A stretch of 64,000 bases of DNA. It comes from Desulfobacterales bacterium (GTDB lineage Bacteria; Desulfobacterota; Desulfobacteria; Desulfobacterales; JANQIE01). The notes under the pieces are model-generated. The model ran no database searches, was not told the origin of the DNA, and saw only the letters and a program-made list of their open reading frames with translations. Both the position numbers and the translations under genes were made by a program. Numbering within the stretch: position 1 is the first letter of the stretch; every line of letters starts with the position of its first letter. The stretch spans positions 11,909 through 75,908 of the forward strand of contig JANQIE010000085.1 of NCBI GenBank assembly GCA_028282295.1, read 5' to 3'. This document shows positions 43,901-53,573 of the stretch, in pieces.

Positions 43901-44296
43901 CTCTGTTTTGGCGGGAATCAGGTCGTGGGCCCATTCAGCCAAAAGGGCCTGGTTGCGTTTCAAGCCGATCCAGTTTGAAATGCTATGCAGCCAGTTTTGG
44001 TGATCGGCCGGTATTGCAAGCGTTTTGAGCGCTTCCAGAAACACATGGCAGAGATTGGCGGTATCACCCTCGGCTGAATTCAGATTGATCCAGATGGTCC
44101 GTTTGCGGGATTTACGGACATAGTCCGCCGCCAGGGTCGATTTGCCCTGCGCGGCCTGACCGATCAGAAAGATGATTTTTTTGGACGCATTCTGTTTGAG
44201 TTTTTGGATAAGGCGCGGGCGTGCGACGATTTTGGGGCAATGTCTCGAAGTTAAGTCGGGTGGTGTAAATTTCGAACTGGGTGATAACAGGTCCAT
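40961..44296 (-). CDS. MalT-like STAND ATPase-TPR regulator with C-terminal wHTH-BTAD
   Basis: KFTPP..RPRL, GQAAQGKST, LIVLDG, TEGW..GL, YRFHQLF, TPRs, TLGGF, LYEGDFL..W. Confidence 0.85.
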   Translation of the reverse strand: MDLLSPSSKFTPPDLTSRHCPKIVARPRLIQKLKQNASKKIIFLIGQAAQGKSTLAADYVRKSRKRTIWINLNSAEGDTANLCHVFLEALKTLAIPADHQNWLHSISNWIGLKRNQALLAEWAHDLIPAKTEPMLIVLDGLEKIPAGAPSLELLQRIVIDSPPQVQFLVLSRNHPPFNVQRLKLKRQVLIVDNTELALTLEESRTFLNQDLPNAYSPEKSAEIHTKTEGWIGGLILVTEMYNRFPTQNGEVDLHQHPDHRLPEDIFNYFSEEIFATLPKPTQSLLIRSSVFDHVDTDLVNTCLGRKDAQTIFYNLAQNNFFTQSLVNANNRIVYRFHQLFKEFLQYKCQTVLTQEDRRWLFMAAATTYERRNELENAVHFYLHAEAPKLAVKVIERVGLSLLSMGRGADLESWLQKLPVAQIEQSPWLLFMKAKTRRFADVKNRVACLHDACTLFQKQNNHTGRMLALANLIEYSFQGGYFKVPVEKLLKQAEALLARPSKEEQTNETAVLWLQVGLGHIRGTGDVRAGLRACRTAFVLGQHLRDRDIQAKALVYCVFGHTFLGEFREAADLFDRIDDLLDANDPEIKAGYLLSISSFHIYSGNFKQADAYIMELEELIEAYGYNSLQPSVFYFKNILRLSVGKLDAVKTSAEQLLDLTDSVRNHFLKGLGWGLLGKYHYFNADFDTAIHYMEKSIAFLADQKGASKHHFLRAKGVLGLLYCHCKKFQTAQKQLTEALAYFKAIESHLSLAEMHLALGLLEFARDNQPEAKSQLARGIVIFKQRAYIHNLILSPADFVGACALAAELKVKGAVQFIDSILVQNNSPAIKGELSRLESHPSRCIQKVARIIKKQITRRRLSSLEVRTLGGFRIIKDGRAMAPKSLNRRKPFRLLKVIVARGGIQIPKELIFEDLWPKSSLATAEKVFKVTLHRLRAALEKDLKHKTSASYITLKDNLISLDPHHLQVDCDHFEELCRQAENKLRQRRKREAIVYYEQARDLYEGDFLPEERYAEWVKTRREKLKQKHRQLHLALADIHLSNNAVNRAIWCYQTLMQIDPSFENSYRELIRLYLDQQRPNEALWVFRACQKALRKTISSPPDEATRALVQHLL

Positions 44297-44439
44297 GGCC
44301 AGAAATTCATTTAATCAGGACTTTTGATCAAGCGAGTGATCAATCGAGAGTTGACGGACTAAACGTTTCCGGCCGCCGATACCCACGTCTAATAGGATTT
44401 TTGCACATTCTTGTCAAGTGTTGTCACCGCAATATCCAG

Positions 44440-44562
44440 GGTAACCGCATTTGGGAATCATCGGGTTGGTGGGCACGGCCAATTGCCGCCGGGTAGGATT
44501 GTGGGCCATGCCCACCAGGTAGAGCTGTTTATGTTAACGAATGATATCCAAATGCGGTTACC
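44440..44562. repeat. Nested inverted-repeat (MITE-like) element
   Basis: ggtaaccgcatttgggaatcat / atgatatccaaatgcggttacc (20/22) enclosing ggtgggcacggcc...ggccatgcccacc. Confidence 0.7.
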
Positions 44563-44691
44563 TGCCGGCCGGAGTATCCGTTAAAGGCGTGCTGCGTGAT
44601 TTTGCATGTTGGCTATTGACTTTAAAAAGAATATTGTTTTATGTGCCAGTTTGGTATAGGCAATAATATTTTTTGAAAGGAGCAGATACAA

Positions 44692-45018
44692 ATGGGTGCG
44701 AAAAATAAAGCGGTCAAAGAAAAACCATTAGAAAAAATGACGGCTACCGAATTGCGGGACAAAGCCAAGGAAATCTCCGACATTGTCGGTGCCCACGGCA
44801 TGAATAAGGCCGAACTTGTCAGTGCTATCAAAAAAGCCATGGGCATTGAAGACACGTCCAACAAAAAAAAGCAATCCTCCATGCGCGATATCAAGAAAAA
44901 GATTAAAGAATCCAAGGAAAAACATCGACAGGCGGTTGAAGCCGAAGATGCCAAAATGGCCGGCATTTACCGCAAACGTATTTCGCGTCTCAAGAAAAAA
45001 ACACGCCGCGTCGCATAG
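44692..45018 (+). CDS. Rho N-terminal-domain-like small basic protein
   Basis: LEKMTATELRDKAK....GAHGMNKAELVSAI; AAGGAG RBS. Confidence 0.8.
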   Translation: MGAKNKAVKEKPLEKMTATELRDKAKEISDIVGAHGMNKAELVSAIKKAMGIEDTSNKKKQSSMRDIKKKIKESKEKHRQAVEAEDAKMAGIYRKRISRLKKKTRRVA

Positions 45019-45039
45019 GCCGCAACCCTTTTGCAGTTA

Positions 45040-45182
45040 GTGTCCATCCGGAAATAGTAGATTCTGGTTCCCGGCAAGGCCTGAACATTTTTAGAACCGC
45101 AGGCATAGCGGGCTACTGCCGAGGATTCTAAAAATGCGAGAACGCGGCCGAGGGCCAAAAGATGCTATTTGCGGATGGACAC
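45040..45182 (+). repeat. Long-hairpin repeat family, copy C
   Basis: gtgtccatccggaaatag ... ctatttgcggatggacac. Confidence 0.9.
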
Positions 45183-45198
45183 GAGTTAGGGGCATTGA

Positions 45199-46140
45199 TT
45201 GCGTTCAACGAGTCAGGATAGCGCTGGTGAACGGAATTTGGTGACGCTGGTCTCTGTTTTTGTTCGTTCACTCGCCACCGAGAAAGGCTATTCGGAACAT
45301 ACCTGCCGGGCCTATTCGGTTGATCTGGCCGAATTTGCAGGCTTTGCCGGTCGATTTCTAAAGTCATCAAAAGCGGCCCTGCGTGCCGAGCAGGTCGATA
45401 ATTTGATGATCCGGGCGTATCTGGGGCGATTGTACAAAAAAAACAGTAAAGCCACGGTCGCGCGAAAACTGGCGGCTTTAAGGTCGTTTTTCAAATTTCT
45501 GGTCAAGCACGGCATGCTTGCTTCAAATCCGGCTCAAGCCGTCCGGACACCGAAACAGGAGAAAACGATTCCGGTGTTTTTGTCGGTGGACGATATGTTT
45601 CGGCTGCTCGATTCCATCAAACCCAAGTCAGTATTGGAATTGAGAAACCTGGCGATGTTCGAGACGCTCTATTCGAGCGGGTTGCGGGTGTCGGAGCTGG
45701 CCGGCATGAATACCGGGGACGTCGATGCCGCCAACCGGTTGATCCGCGTATCCGGCAAGGGCGGCAAGGAACGGATCGTTCCCATTGGTCGACGCGCATT
45801 GGCCGCAATTGAGCGATACCGCGAAGCACTGGGTAAAAAGGCCGCCGCAGCGGGTCTGCCGGAAGGTGCGCTGTTTTTAAACTACCGCAACGGCCGGCTT
45901 GCCACGCGTTCGATTGCCAGAATATTGGTAAAAACGGTATTGGCCTGCAAGCTGGCCACCCCGATATCACCGCATGCGTTGCGCCATTCGTTTGCAACGC
46001 ACTTGTTGGATGCCGGCGCCGATCTTCGCGTTGTGCAGGAATTGTTGGGGCATCAAAGCCTGTCGACCACCCAGAAATACACCCATGTGAGTATCGATCA
46101 ATTGATGCAAACCTATGATAAAGCTCATCCCCGGCGATAA
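45199..46140 (+). CDS. xerC: Tyrosine recombinase XerC
   Basis: YSSGLRVSEL, GKGGKERIVP, HALRHSFATHLL, LLGH..LSTTQKYTH; xerC-hslV-hslU synteny; start uncertain. Confidence 0.9.
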   Translation: MRSTSQDSAGERNLVTLVSVFVRSLATEKGYSEHTCRAYSVDLAEFAGFAGRFLKSSKAALRAEQVDNLMIRAYLGRLYKKNSKATVARKLAALRSFFKFLVKHGMLASNPAQAVRTPKQEKTIPVFLSVDDMFRLLDSIKPKSVLELRNLAMFETLYSSGLRVSELAGMNTGDVDAANRLIRVSGKGGKERIVPIGRRALAAIERYREALGKKAAAAGLPEGALFLNYRNGRLATRSIARILVKTVLACKLATPISPHALRHSFATHLLDAGADLRVVQELLGHQSLSTTQKYTHVSIDQLMQTYDKAHPRR

Positions 46141-46224
46141 CCGCGGCCGGTGGCACATGCTATGGGCCGGTGCGAATAGTGTTTATATTGTCGCAATAAA
46201 GACCGGTTGCAAAGGACCCGAAAC

Positions 46225-46767
46225 ATGACACAGCTTACAGCTTTTCACGGTACTACCATCCTCGCGGTTCGGCGTGACGGCGCCACGGCGGTGGCGGGTG
46301 ACGGTCAAGTCACCCTTGGGCAGACCGTGATTAAAAAAAGTGCCAAAAAAGTACGTAAAATATACAATGACAAAATTATTGTCGGCTTTGCCGGCGCCAC
46401 GGCTGATGCCCTGACCCTGTTTGAAAAGCTGGAGGGCAAACTGGAACGCTACAATGGTAATTTGATGCGTGCGGCGGTGGAGTTGGCCAAGGAGTGGCGC
46501 ACGGATAAATATCTGCGCCGGCTGGAAGCGGTCATGATCGCCGTGGATGTCGACAACACCTTTTTGATTTCGGGCACCGGCGATGTTATCGAGCCGGACG
46601 ACGATTATATCAGCATCGGTTCGGGCAGTGTGGGCGCCCAGGCGGCCGCCGCGGTTTTGATGCGTCACACCAAACTGAGCGCGAGCGCCATTGCCGCGGA
46701 ATCGATGCAGATCGCGGCCTCGATGTGCGTCTACACCAATGACGCCGTCACCATCGAAGAGCTTTGA
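46225..46767 (+). CDS. hslV: ATP-dependent protease subunit HslV
   Basis: [33 protein letters not shown]. Confidence 0.97.
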   Translation: MTQLTAFHGTTILAVRRDGATAVAGDGQVTLGQTVIKKSAKKVRKIYNDKIIVGFAGATADALTLFEKLEGKLERYNGNLMRAAVELAKEWRTDKYLRRLEAVMIAVDVDNTFLISGTGDVIEPDDDYISIGSGSVGAQAAAAVLMRHTKLSASAIAAESMQIAASMCVYTNDAVTIEEL

Positions 46768-46834
46768 CAGCCGATTGACGGGCATTGGATCAACAAAAGT
46801 CAAAAAAACGGTATACAAGTTGGGTCACACGCTT

Positions 46835-48202
46835 ATGGATAATTTAACCCCCGCACAGATTGTCAAACAACTCGACAAATACATTATCGGGCAGGACCAG
46901 GCCAAACGTTCGGTCGCCATTGCCTTGCGCAACCGTTGGCGGCGGCGGCAGGTGCCGCCTGATTTGCGTGATGAAATCGCACCGAAGAATATTATCATGA
47001 TCGGTCCGACAGGTGTCGGCAAGACCGAGATCGCCCGCCGGCTTTCCCTGTTCACCGATTCCCCGTTTTACAAGGTCGAGGCGTCCAAGTTTACCGAGGT
47101 CGGCTATGTGGGCCGTGATGTGGAATCGATGGTTCGTGATTTGCTGGAACTGACCATCAACCGGCTCAAGGCAAACGAACAGGAAGCCGTCAAGGAAAAA
47201 GCGCTGCAAATCGCCGAAGAACGGATGCTCGATTTATTGCTGCCCAAGCCTAAGCCGGCCAATCCGCTGCAAGCCGGTCCCGAGCCCGGCATTGCCACCA
47301 CCGAAACCGAATCGGAAAGTCAGGCCGCCACCCGTGAAAAGCTGCGGGGCATGTTGCGCAAGGGGAAATTGGACGAACGCTATGTCGACATGGATATCGC
47401 CGAGCGCAGCACGCCGGTGGTCGAGATTTTCTCCAATGTCGGCATGGAGGAGATGGGGATCAATTTCAAGGATATGCTCGGCGGCTTGCTGCCGAAAAGC
47501 ACCAAGCGGCGTAAGGTAAAAGTGCCCCAGGCCTTGGAAATCATGGCCAAGGAAGAGGCGCAGAACCTGGTCGATATGGAAGGTGTGGTCAAACGGGCGA
47601 TTGAAAAGGTGGAGCAATCGGGCATCATATTTCTGGACGAAATCGACAAGATTGCCGGCAAGGAAGGCGGCCATGGCCCGGATGTCTCCCGTGAGGGCGT
47701 GCAGCGGGATTTGCTGCCGATCGTCGAGGGCTCCTCGGTGACCACCAAGTACGGGCCGGTGAAGACCGATCACATCCTGTTTGTGGCCTCCGGTGCCTTT
47801 CACACCATCAAGCCGTCGGACCTGATTCCGGAACTGCAAGGGCGTTTTCCGATTCGGGTTGAACTCGCTTCTTTGGGGCAGGCCGAGTTCGCGCGCATTC
47901 TCACCGAGCCCGAAAATGCGCTGCTGCTCCAGTACATCGCATTGATCCGCACCGAGGGCGTGCAAGTGGCTTTTGAGCAGGAGGCGGTGGAAGAGATCGC
48001 CCGCATTGCCGAAGACGTCAACAACCTGACCGAAAATATCGGCGCGCGCCGGCTGCATACCTTGATGGAAAAACTGCTCGAGGAGATCCTGTTTGACGCG
48101 CCTGATTTAAAGGGCACGAAAATCGTCATCGACGGCAAATACGTTCTTGACCGGCTTAAGGATATCAAGGAAGACGAAGACCTGAGCCGCTACATCCTTT
48201 AA
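46835..48202 (+). CDS. hslU: ATP-dependent protease ATPase HslU
   Basis: [41 protein letters not shown]. Confidence 0.97.
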   Translation: MDNLTPAQIVKQLDKYIIGQDQAKRSVAIALRNRWRRRQVPPDLRDEIAPKNIIMIGPTGVGKTEIARRLSLFTDSPFYKVEASKFTEVGYVGRDVESMVRDLLELTINRLKANEQEAVKEKALQIAEERMLDLLLPKPKPANPLQAGPEPGIATTETESESQAATREKLRGMLRKGKLDERYVDMDIAERSTPVVEIFSNVGMEEMGINFKDMLGGLLPKSTKRRKVKVPQALEIMAKEEAQNLVDMEGVVKRAIEKVEQSGIIFLDEIDKIAGKEGGHGPDVSREGVQRDLLPIVEGSSVTTKYGPVKTDHILFVASGAFHTIKPSDLIPELQGRFPIRVELASLGQAEFARILTEPENALLLQYIALIRTEGVQVAFEQEAVEEIARIAEDVNNLTENIGARRLHTLMEKLLEEILFDAPDLKGTKIVIDGKYVLDRLKDIKEDEDLSRYIL

Positions 48203-48218
48203 CCGCTTCAAATCGCCG

Positions 48219-49130
48219 GTGGTGCTGAAAGTGGCAAAAGAAGACAAGTCCATACAAATCCCGAACGTCGCTGAAATACTGATCGAATCCTTGCCGTACA
48301 TCCGCCGGTTTTACGGCGGCACCATTGTGGTCAAGTACGGCGGGCATGCCATGGTGGATGCGCAGTTAAAGGAAGATTTTGCCCGCGACATCACCTTGTT
48401 GAAATTCATCGGCCTGAATCCGGTGGTGGTTCATGGCGGCGGGCCGCAGATCAACGTAGTGCTGGACCGCATGGGGATCAAATCCAAGTTCGTGCGGGGG
48501 ATGCGGTTGACCGACCAGCCCACCATGGATGTGGTGGAAATGGTGCTCGGCGGTAAGGTGAACAAAGCCATTGTGGCCCAGATAAACCGTCAGGGCGGTA
48601 AAGCGGTCGGTTTGAGCGGCAAGGACGGCGCCTTGATCCTGGCGGAGAAGTTGAAGATCGTGCATCAGCCCGATGAAAATCAACCGCCTGAAATCATCGA
48701 CCCCGGACTTGTCGGCTGTGTGACCCGCATCAATCCGGAGATCATTAATACATTGACGCAACAAGGGTTTGTGCCGATTATCGCACCGGTGGGCACCGGT
48801 GAGAACGGTGAAACGTTCAACATCAACGCCGATCTGGTAGCCAGTGAAGTGGCCCGGGCCCTGAACGCCCAGCGGTTGATTCTGCTTACCGATGTTGACG
48901 GCGTTCTGGATGCCGCCGGTTCATTGGTGTCTTCCATCGAAGCGCAAACCGCGCAGCAGATGATTGCCGGCCAGCAGATCAAGGGCGGGATGATTCCCAA
49001 GGTCGAGTATGCCTTGAAGGCGGTGACCAACGGGGTTGAAAAGGCCCATATCATCAACGGTACGCGGCGCCACGCCATTTTGCTTGAACTGTTTACGGAT
49101 AAGGGGATCGGGACCGAAGTAACCGCTTGA
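48219..49130 (+). CDS. argB: Acetylglutamate kinase
   Basis: [34 protein letters not shown]. Confidence 0.96.
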   Translation: MVLKVAKEDKSIQIPNVAEILIESLPYIRRFYGGTIVVKYGGHAMVDAQLKEDFARDITLLKFIGLNPVVVHGGGPQINVVLDRMGIKSKFVRGMRLTDQPTMDVVEMVLGGKVNKAIVAQINRQGGKAVGLSGKDGALILAEKLKIVHQPDENQPPEIIDPGLVGCVTRINPEIINTLTQQGFVPIIAPVGTGENGETFNINADLVASEVARALNAQRLILLTDVDGVLDAAGSLVSSIEAQTAQQMIAGQQIKGGMIPKVEYALKAVTNGVEKAHIINGTRRHAILLELFTDKGIGTEVTA

Positions 49131-49182
49131 AGCGATCAGGAAGGCCGAATTGATAAAAGCAAAGACGATTGAGGTAGAAAAA

Positions 49183-50361
49183 ATGAACGCACCCAACATG
49201 CAGACAGCCGATCAAGTTATCGCCAACACCTACGCCCGGTTTCCGGTCATGTTGACCAAGGGGCAAGATTGTTATGTCTGGGACGATCAAGGGCGCCGTT
49301 ATACCGATTTCGTATCCGGCATCGCGGTCTGCAATCTCGGCCACGCCAATCCGCGAGTCACCGCGGCTCTTCAGAAGCAGGCCGCCACGCTGGTGCATGT
49401 TTCCAACCTTTACTACAGCCAACCTCAAATCGCATTGGCGCAAAAGCTGGTGACGCACTGCTTTGCCGACCGGGTCTTTTTTTGCAACAGCGGCGCCGAG
49501 GCCAATGAGGCCGCTATCAAGCTGGCCCGCCGCTTTTTTCAGCAGCAGGGACAAACGCAGCGGCATCGCATTGTCAGCATGGAGAAGTCTTTTCATGGCC
49601 GGACCATGGCAACGTTGTCCGCCACCGGTCAGGATAAAATCAAAAAAGGGTTTGATCCGATTCTCGACGGCTTTGATTTTGCCCCGTTTAACGACATCGA
49701 ACGGCTGCAAGCCGCCATCGGGCCGCAAACCTGCGCCGTCATGTTGGAACCGGTGCAGGGTGAAGGGGGGATCAACTGCCCGGACAGCAGTTATCTGGCC
49801 CAAGTTCGGACCGTGTGCGACAATGCCGGGGTGCTGTTGATCTTCGATGAAATTCAAACCGGCCTGGGACGCACCGGCAAGCTGTTTGCTCACGAACATT
49901 TCGGTGCTGTGCCGGACATCATGACATTGGCCAAGGCGTTGGGCAACGGGCTGCCCATCGGCGCCATGCTGGCCACCGATAGGGTTGCGGCGGCGTTCAG
50001 CCCCGGCGCACATGCCTCCACCTTTGGCGGCACCCCTTTGGTGACCGCGGCCGCCTTGCAGGTGATTACCATGCTGACCGAAGAAAAGATAGTTGAACAA
50101 GGCCGCGAAACAGGCGCGTATTTCAAATCGCAATTGCTGGCGCTCAAGCAGCGGCAGGCCGCCATCGAAGATATCCGGGGCCTCGGGCTTTTGCTGGGGG
50201 CGCGTTTGAATGTACCGGCACTACCGATTGTCAACCGGTGCCTGGAACAGGGGTTTCTGGTCAATGCCGTCCAGGAAAAGATTTTGCGGTTTGTGCCGCC
50301 GCTGACGATTAAAAAAGAACAGATCGACGAGTTGATCGCTTGTTTGGACGACGTTTTATAA
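49183..50361 (+). CDS. argD: Acetylornithine aminotransferase
   Basis: NSGAEANEAAIK, FHGRT, DEIQTG, TLAKALG, HASTFGG. Confidence 0.93.
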   Translation: MNAPNMQTADQVIANTYARFPVMLTKGQDCYVWDDQGRRYTDFVSGIAVCNLGHANPRVTAALQKQAATLVHVSNLYYSQPQIALAQKLVTHCFADRVFFCNSGAEANEAAIKLARRFFQQQGQTQRHRIVSMEKSFHGRTMATLSATGQDKIKKGFDPILDGFDFAPFNDIERLQAAIGPQTCAVMLEPVQGEGGINCPDSSYLAQVRTVCDNAGVLLIFDEIQTGLGRTGKLFAHEHFGAVPDIMTLAKALGNGLPIGAMLATDRVAAAFSPGAHASTFGGTPLVTAAALQVITMLTEEKIVEQGRETGAYFKSQLLALKQRQAAIEDIRGLGLLLGARLNVPALPIVNRCLEQGFLVNAVQEKILRFVPPLTIKKEQIDELIACLDDVL

Positions 50362-50386
50362 CTGCTGTGCCTGAAAGGAGTTGCAC

Positions 50387-51592
50387 GTGAAAGAAAAAGT
50401 AAACAAGGTCGTACTGGCGTATTCCGGTGGCTTGGATACCTCCGTGATCCTGAAATGGCTGGTCGAAACCTATGACTGCGAGGTGGTCACGTTTTCCGCC
50501 AATCTTGGTCAGGACGAGGACATGGGGCAGATTGAAACCAATGCCCGCAAGACCGGGGCTTCCAAGATTTTTATCGAAGATCTGACCGAAGTGTTTGTCA
50601 AGGATTATGTCTTCCCGGCCTTTCGCGCCAACGCCGTTTACGAAGGGCAATATCTACTGGGCACGTCGCTGGCCCGGCCGCTGATCGCCAAGCGTCAGGT
50701 GGAGATCGCCGAGGCCGAGGGCGCCGATGCGGTCAGCCACGGCGCCACCGGCAAGGGCAACGATCAGGTGCGTTTCGAACTGGGGTATCTGGCGCACAAT
50801 CCGAGCATCAAAATCATCGCGCCGTGGCGTGAATGGGACTTGGATTCCCGCACGGCCCTGATGGCATTTGCCCAAAAACACGGCATCGAGGTGCCCACGA
50901 CCCGGAGTAAACCGTACAGCACCGACTGGAACCTGTTGCACATCTCTTATGAGGGCGGCATCCTCGAAGACCCCTGGGCCGCGGCGCCGGACGATATCTA
51001 TACCTTGACGACGGCCCCCCAGGCGGCCCCTGATGAAGAGGAAGTGGTCGATATCACGTTCGAACAGGGCAACCCGGTGGCGCTGAACGGAAAATCGCTG
51101 TCACCGGCCAAGATGCTGCGGGCATTGAATGAACTGGGCGGTCGCCATGGCATCGGGCGGGTGGATATTGTTGAAAACCGTTTTGTCGGCATGAAGTCGC
51201 GCGGTGTCTACGAGACCCCCGGCGGCACCATCCTGCGCAATGCCCACATGGCTATGGAGTCGATCACCATGGACCGGGAAGTCATGCACCTGCGGGACTC
51301 GCTGATTCCCAAATATGCCCAGTTGATCTACAACGGATTCTGGTTCGCGCCGGAAATGCGTTTGATGCAGCGGATGATCGACGATACCCAGCAGGATGTA
51401 ACCGGTGAGGTTCGGATGGGTCTTTTCAAGGGGGCGTGCCGGGTCATCGGCCGGCGGTCGGATTTTTCACTGTACAGCGAGGCGTTTGCAACGTTTGAAG
51501 ATGATGAGGTATACAGCCAGAAGGATGCGGAAGGGTTTATCCGGTTGAACGCCCTGCGGTTGCGCATACAACAATTGATGAAAAAAGCGTAG
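50387..51592 (+). CDS. argG: Argininosuccinate synthase
   Basis: [35 protein letters not shown]; AAGGAG RBS, GTG start. Confidence 0.97.
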   Translation: MKEKVNKVVLAYSGGLDTSVILKWLVETYDCEVVTFSANLGQDEDMGQIETNARKTGASKIFIEDLTEVFVKDYVFPAFRANAVYEGQYLLGTSLARPLIAKRQVEIAEAEGADAVSHGATGKGNDQVRFELGYLAHNPSIKIIAPWREWDLDSRTALMAFAQKHGIEVPTTRSKPYSTDWNLLHISYEGGILEDPWAAAPDDIYTLTTAPQAAPDEEEVVDITFEQGNPVALNGKSLSPAKMLRALNELGGRHGIGRVDIVENRFVGMKSRGVYETPGGTILRNAHMAMESITMDREVMHLRDSLIPKYAQLIYNGFWFAPEMRLMQRMIDDTQQDVTGEVRMGLFKGACRVIGRRSDFSLYSEAFATFEDDEVYSQKDAEGFIRLNALRLRIQQLMKKA

Positions 51593-51594
51593 AA

Positions 51595-51638
51595 AACCTG
51601 CCGCTGCCGGTCAACGGCCGGCAGCGGCAGGTTCTTTT
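51595..51638 (+). terminator. Strong hairpin / probable terminator between argG and argH
   Basis: aacctgccgctgccgg / ccggcagcggcaggtt followed by cttttg. Confidence 0.6.
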
Positions 51639-51674
51639 GGGCACGATTCACAAAAGCCATTCACGAGGCTAACA

Positions 51675-53054
51675 ATGACGGAAAAACCCTGGGACGGCCG
51701 GTTTGACGAAAAGACCGACCGGCGTGTCGAAGCGTTCACGGCTTCGCATCAGTTTGACCGGCGGTTATACGCCGACGATATCGAAGGCAGCATCGCCCAT
51801 TGTCGCATGCTGGCCAAGTCCGGCATTATTACCGGCGACGAAGCCGCTACCCTGGCAAAAGGACTGGGGCAGATCAAAACCGAGATCGAAAGCGGACAAT
51901 TCACTTTCGAGGACCGGTTGGAAGACATCCATATGCATATTGAAGCCCGGTTGGGCGAAATTGTCGGCGATGTGGCCAAAAAGCTGCATACCGCGCGCAG
52001 CCGCAATGACCAGGTGGCCCTGGATGTCCGGCTTTTTTTGCGGCGTACCACCCAAGAGACGATCGCGCTGCTCGACACGTTACGCGCGGTCCTGGTCGAT
52101 CTGGCGGAACAGCACCAGGATGTCGTGCTGCCCGGCTATACGCATTTGCAGCGGGCTCAACCGGTTTTACTGGCCCATCACCTGCTGGCTTACTACGAAA
52201 TGCTCACCCGCGACCGGCAGCGGTTTGGCGAGGTCCGTGAGCGCATTGACGTAATGCCCCTCGGCGCGGCCGCCCTGGCCGGCACTACTTATCCCATCGA
52301 TCGCCACTTTACGGCCAAACAACTCGACTTCCCACGGGTTTCCACCAACAGTATGGATACGGTGGCGGACCGGGATTTTATACTCGAATATCTCGCAGCG
52401 GCCAGTATTTGCATGGTCCATTTGAGCCGCCTGTCCGAGGAGTTGGTGTTGTGGGCCTCTGCTGAATTCGGTTTTGTCGAGCTGCCCGACGCGTTTGCCA
52501 CCGGCAGCAGCATCATGCCTCAGAAGAAAAATCCGGATGTTCCGGAACTGGTGCGGGGCAAGACCGGGCGTGTGTTCGGTGATTTGATGGCCATGTTGAC
52601 GCTGATGAAGTCGTTGCCGCTGTCGTACAACCGCGATATGCAGGAAGACAAACCCTTGTTGTTCAGTAGTGTCGATACGTTGCACGGCTGCCTGGATATC
52701 TATGCCGAAATGCTGCCGCGTTTGAAATTCCAGCGGCACACGATGGCCAAGGCCGCCAATCAGGGGTTTCTGAATGCCACTGATCTGGCCGACTATCTGG
52801 TCACCAAGGGGATGCCGTTTCGGCAGGCGCACGGCTGCGCCGGCCAAATTGTCGGGTTTGCCCTGGCCAATCAAAAGGAAATTCACGAATTGAGCCTCAT
52901 CGAGCTGCAACAGTTCTCCGACCTGATCGAGCCGGATATTTTCGACCAATTGACCACCGAGCAGATGATTGCCCGCCGCTCCTCTTACGGCGGAACGTCC
53001 CAGGACAATGTGCGCGCAGCCATTAAGGCCGCGCGTCAAAAACCGGCGTCATGA
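51675..53054 (+). CDS. argH: Argininosuccinate lyase
   Basis: HTARSRNDQV, PGYTHLQRAQP, GSSIMPQKKNPD. Confidence 0.97.
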   Translation: MTEKPWDGRFDEKTDRRVEAFTASHQFDRRLYADDIEGSIAHCRMLAKSGIITGDEAATLAKGLGQIKTEIESGQFTFEDRLEDIHMHIEARLGEIVGDVAKKLHTARSRNDQVALDVRLFLRRTTQETIALLDTLRAVLVDLAEQHQDVVLPGYTHLQRAQPVLLAHHLLAYYEMLTRDRQRFGEVRERIDVMPLGAAALAGTTYPIDRHFTAKQLDFPRVSTNSMDTVADRDFILEYLAAASICMVHLSRLSEELVLWASAEFGFVELPDAFATGSSIMPQKKNPDVPELVRGKTGRVFGDLMAMLTLMKSLPLSYNRDMQEDKPLLFSSVDTLHGCLDIYAEMLPRLKFQRHTMAKAANQGFLNATDLADYLVTKGMPFRQAHGCAGQIVGFALANQKEIHELSLIELQQFSDLIEPDIFDQLTTEQMIARRSSYGGTSQDNVRAAIKAARQKPAS

Positions 53055-53055
53055 A

Positions 53056-53496
53056 ATGATTGAATCAAACCGACGAATAACGTATGGCGTCAGTTGGCTG
53101 GTGGCCCTGATGGTGGTGGGGATGCTTTGGGGGTGTGGCGTCAAGGGACCGCCGGTGCCGCCCGAACAAATCAAACCCTCTGCGGTAACGGATCTTGCCG
53201 TTCGGCTTGAAGAGGGCGAGGTGCTCCTCTCCTGGACGGTGCCGGCCGCGGATACGAAAACTGAAAGCCAATTTCAAGGTTGCCGTGTCTATCGCTCCCG
53301 TTTTGAAATCGCGTCCTATTGCGCGGATTGCCCCCGTACCTTTGAAAAAGTAGGGGATATCGATCTGCGCACCGACGACCCGGCATTTCGCGAACCGGTT
53401 GCGTCCGGCTACGCCTACACGTATAAAGTGATCGTGTACACCAACAAGGGCATGCAAAGCGATGATTCCAATCTTGCCGAAATCATCGTACCGTGA
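53056..53496 (+). CDS. Lipoprotein (CGxKGPP N-terminus, FN3-like, CxxC)
   Basis: LWGCGVKGPPVPP lipobox; CADCP; between argH and lysA. Confidence 0.75.
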   Translation: MIESNRRITYGVSWLVALMVVGMLWGCGVKGPPVPPEQIKPSAVTDLAVRLEEGEVLLSWTVPAADTKTESQFQGCRVYRSRFEIASYCADCPRTFEKVGDIDLRTDDPAFREPVASGYAYTYKVIVYTNKGMQSDDSNLAEIIVP

Positions 53497-53573
53497 ACCG
53501 GCTCGCCACCACATTTCATTATGTGCTCTAGCCTGACGGCCGGACCCGTGGTTGGGGCTTGCAAGGAGGGCTC

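Noticed and set aside
44515-44541. ttatgttaa resembling the XerD arm of a dif site near xerC
   Set aside because: No recognisable XerC arm, and it lies inside a repeat element
45199-46140. Tyrosine recombinase as a possible phage/ICE integrase
   Set aside because: XerC motifs and the conserved xerC-hslV-hslU-argB context; no att repeats or cargo
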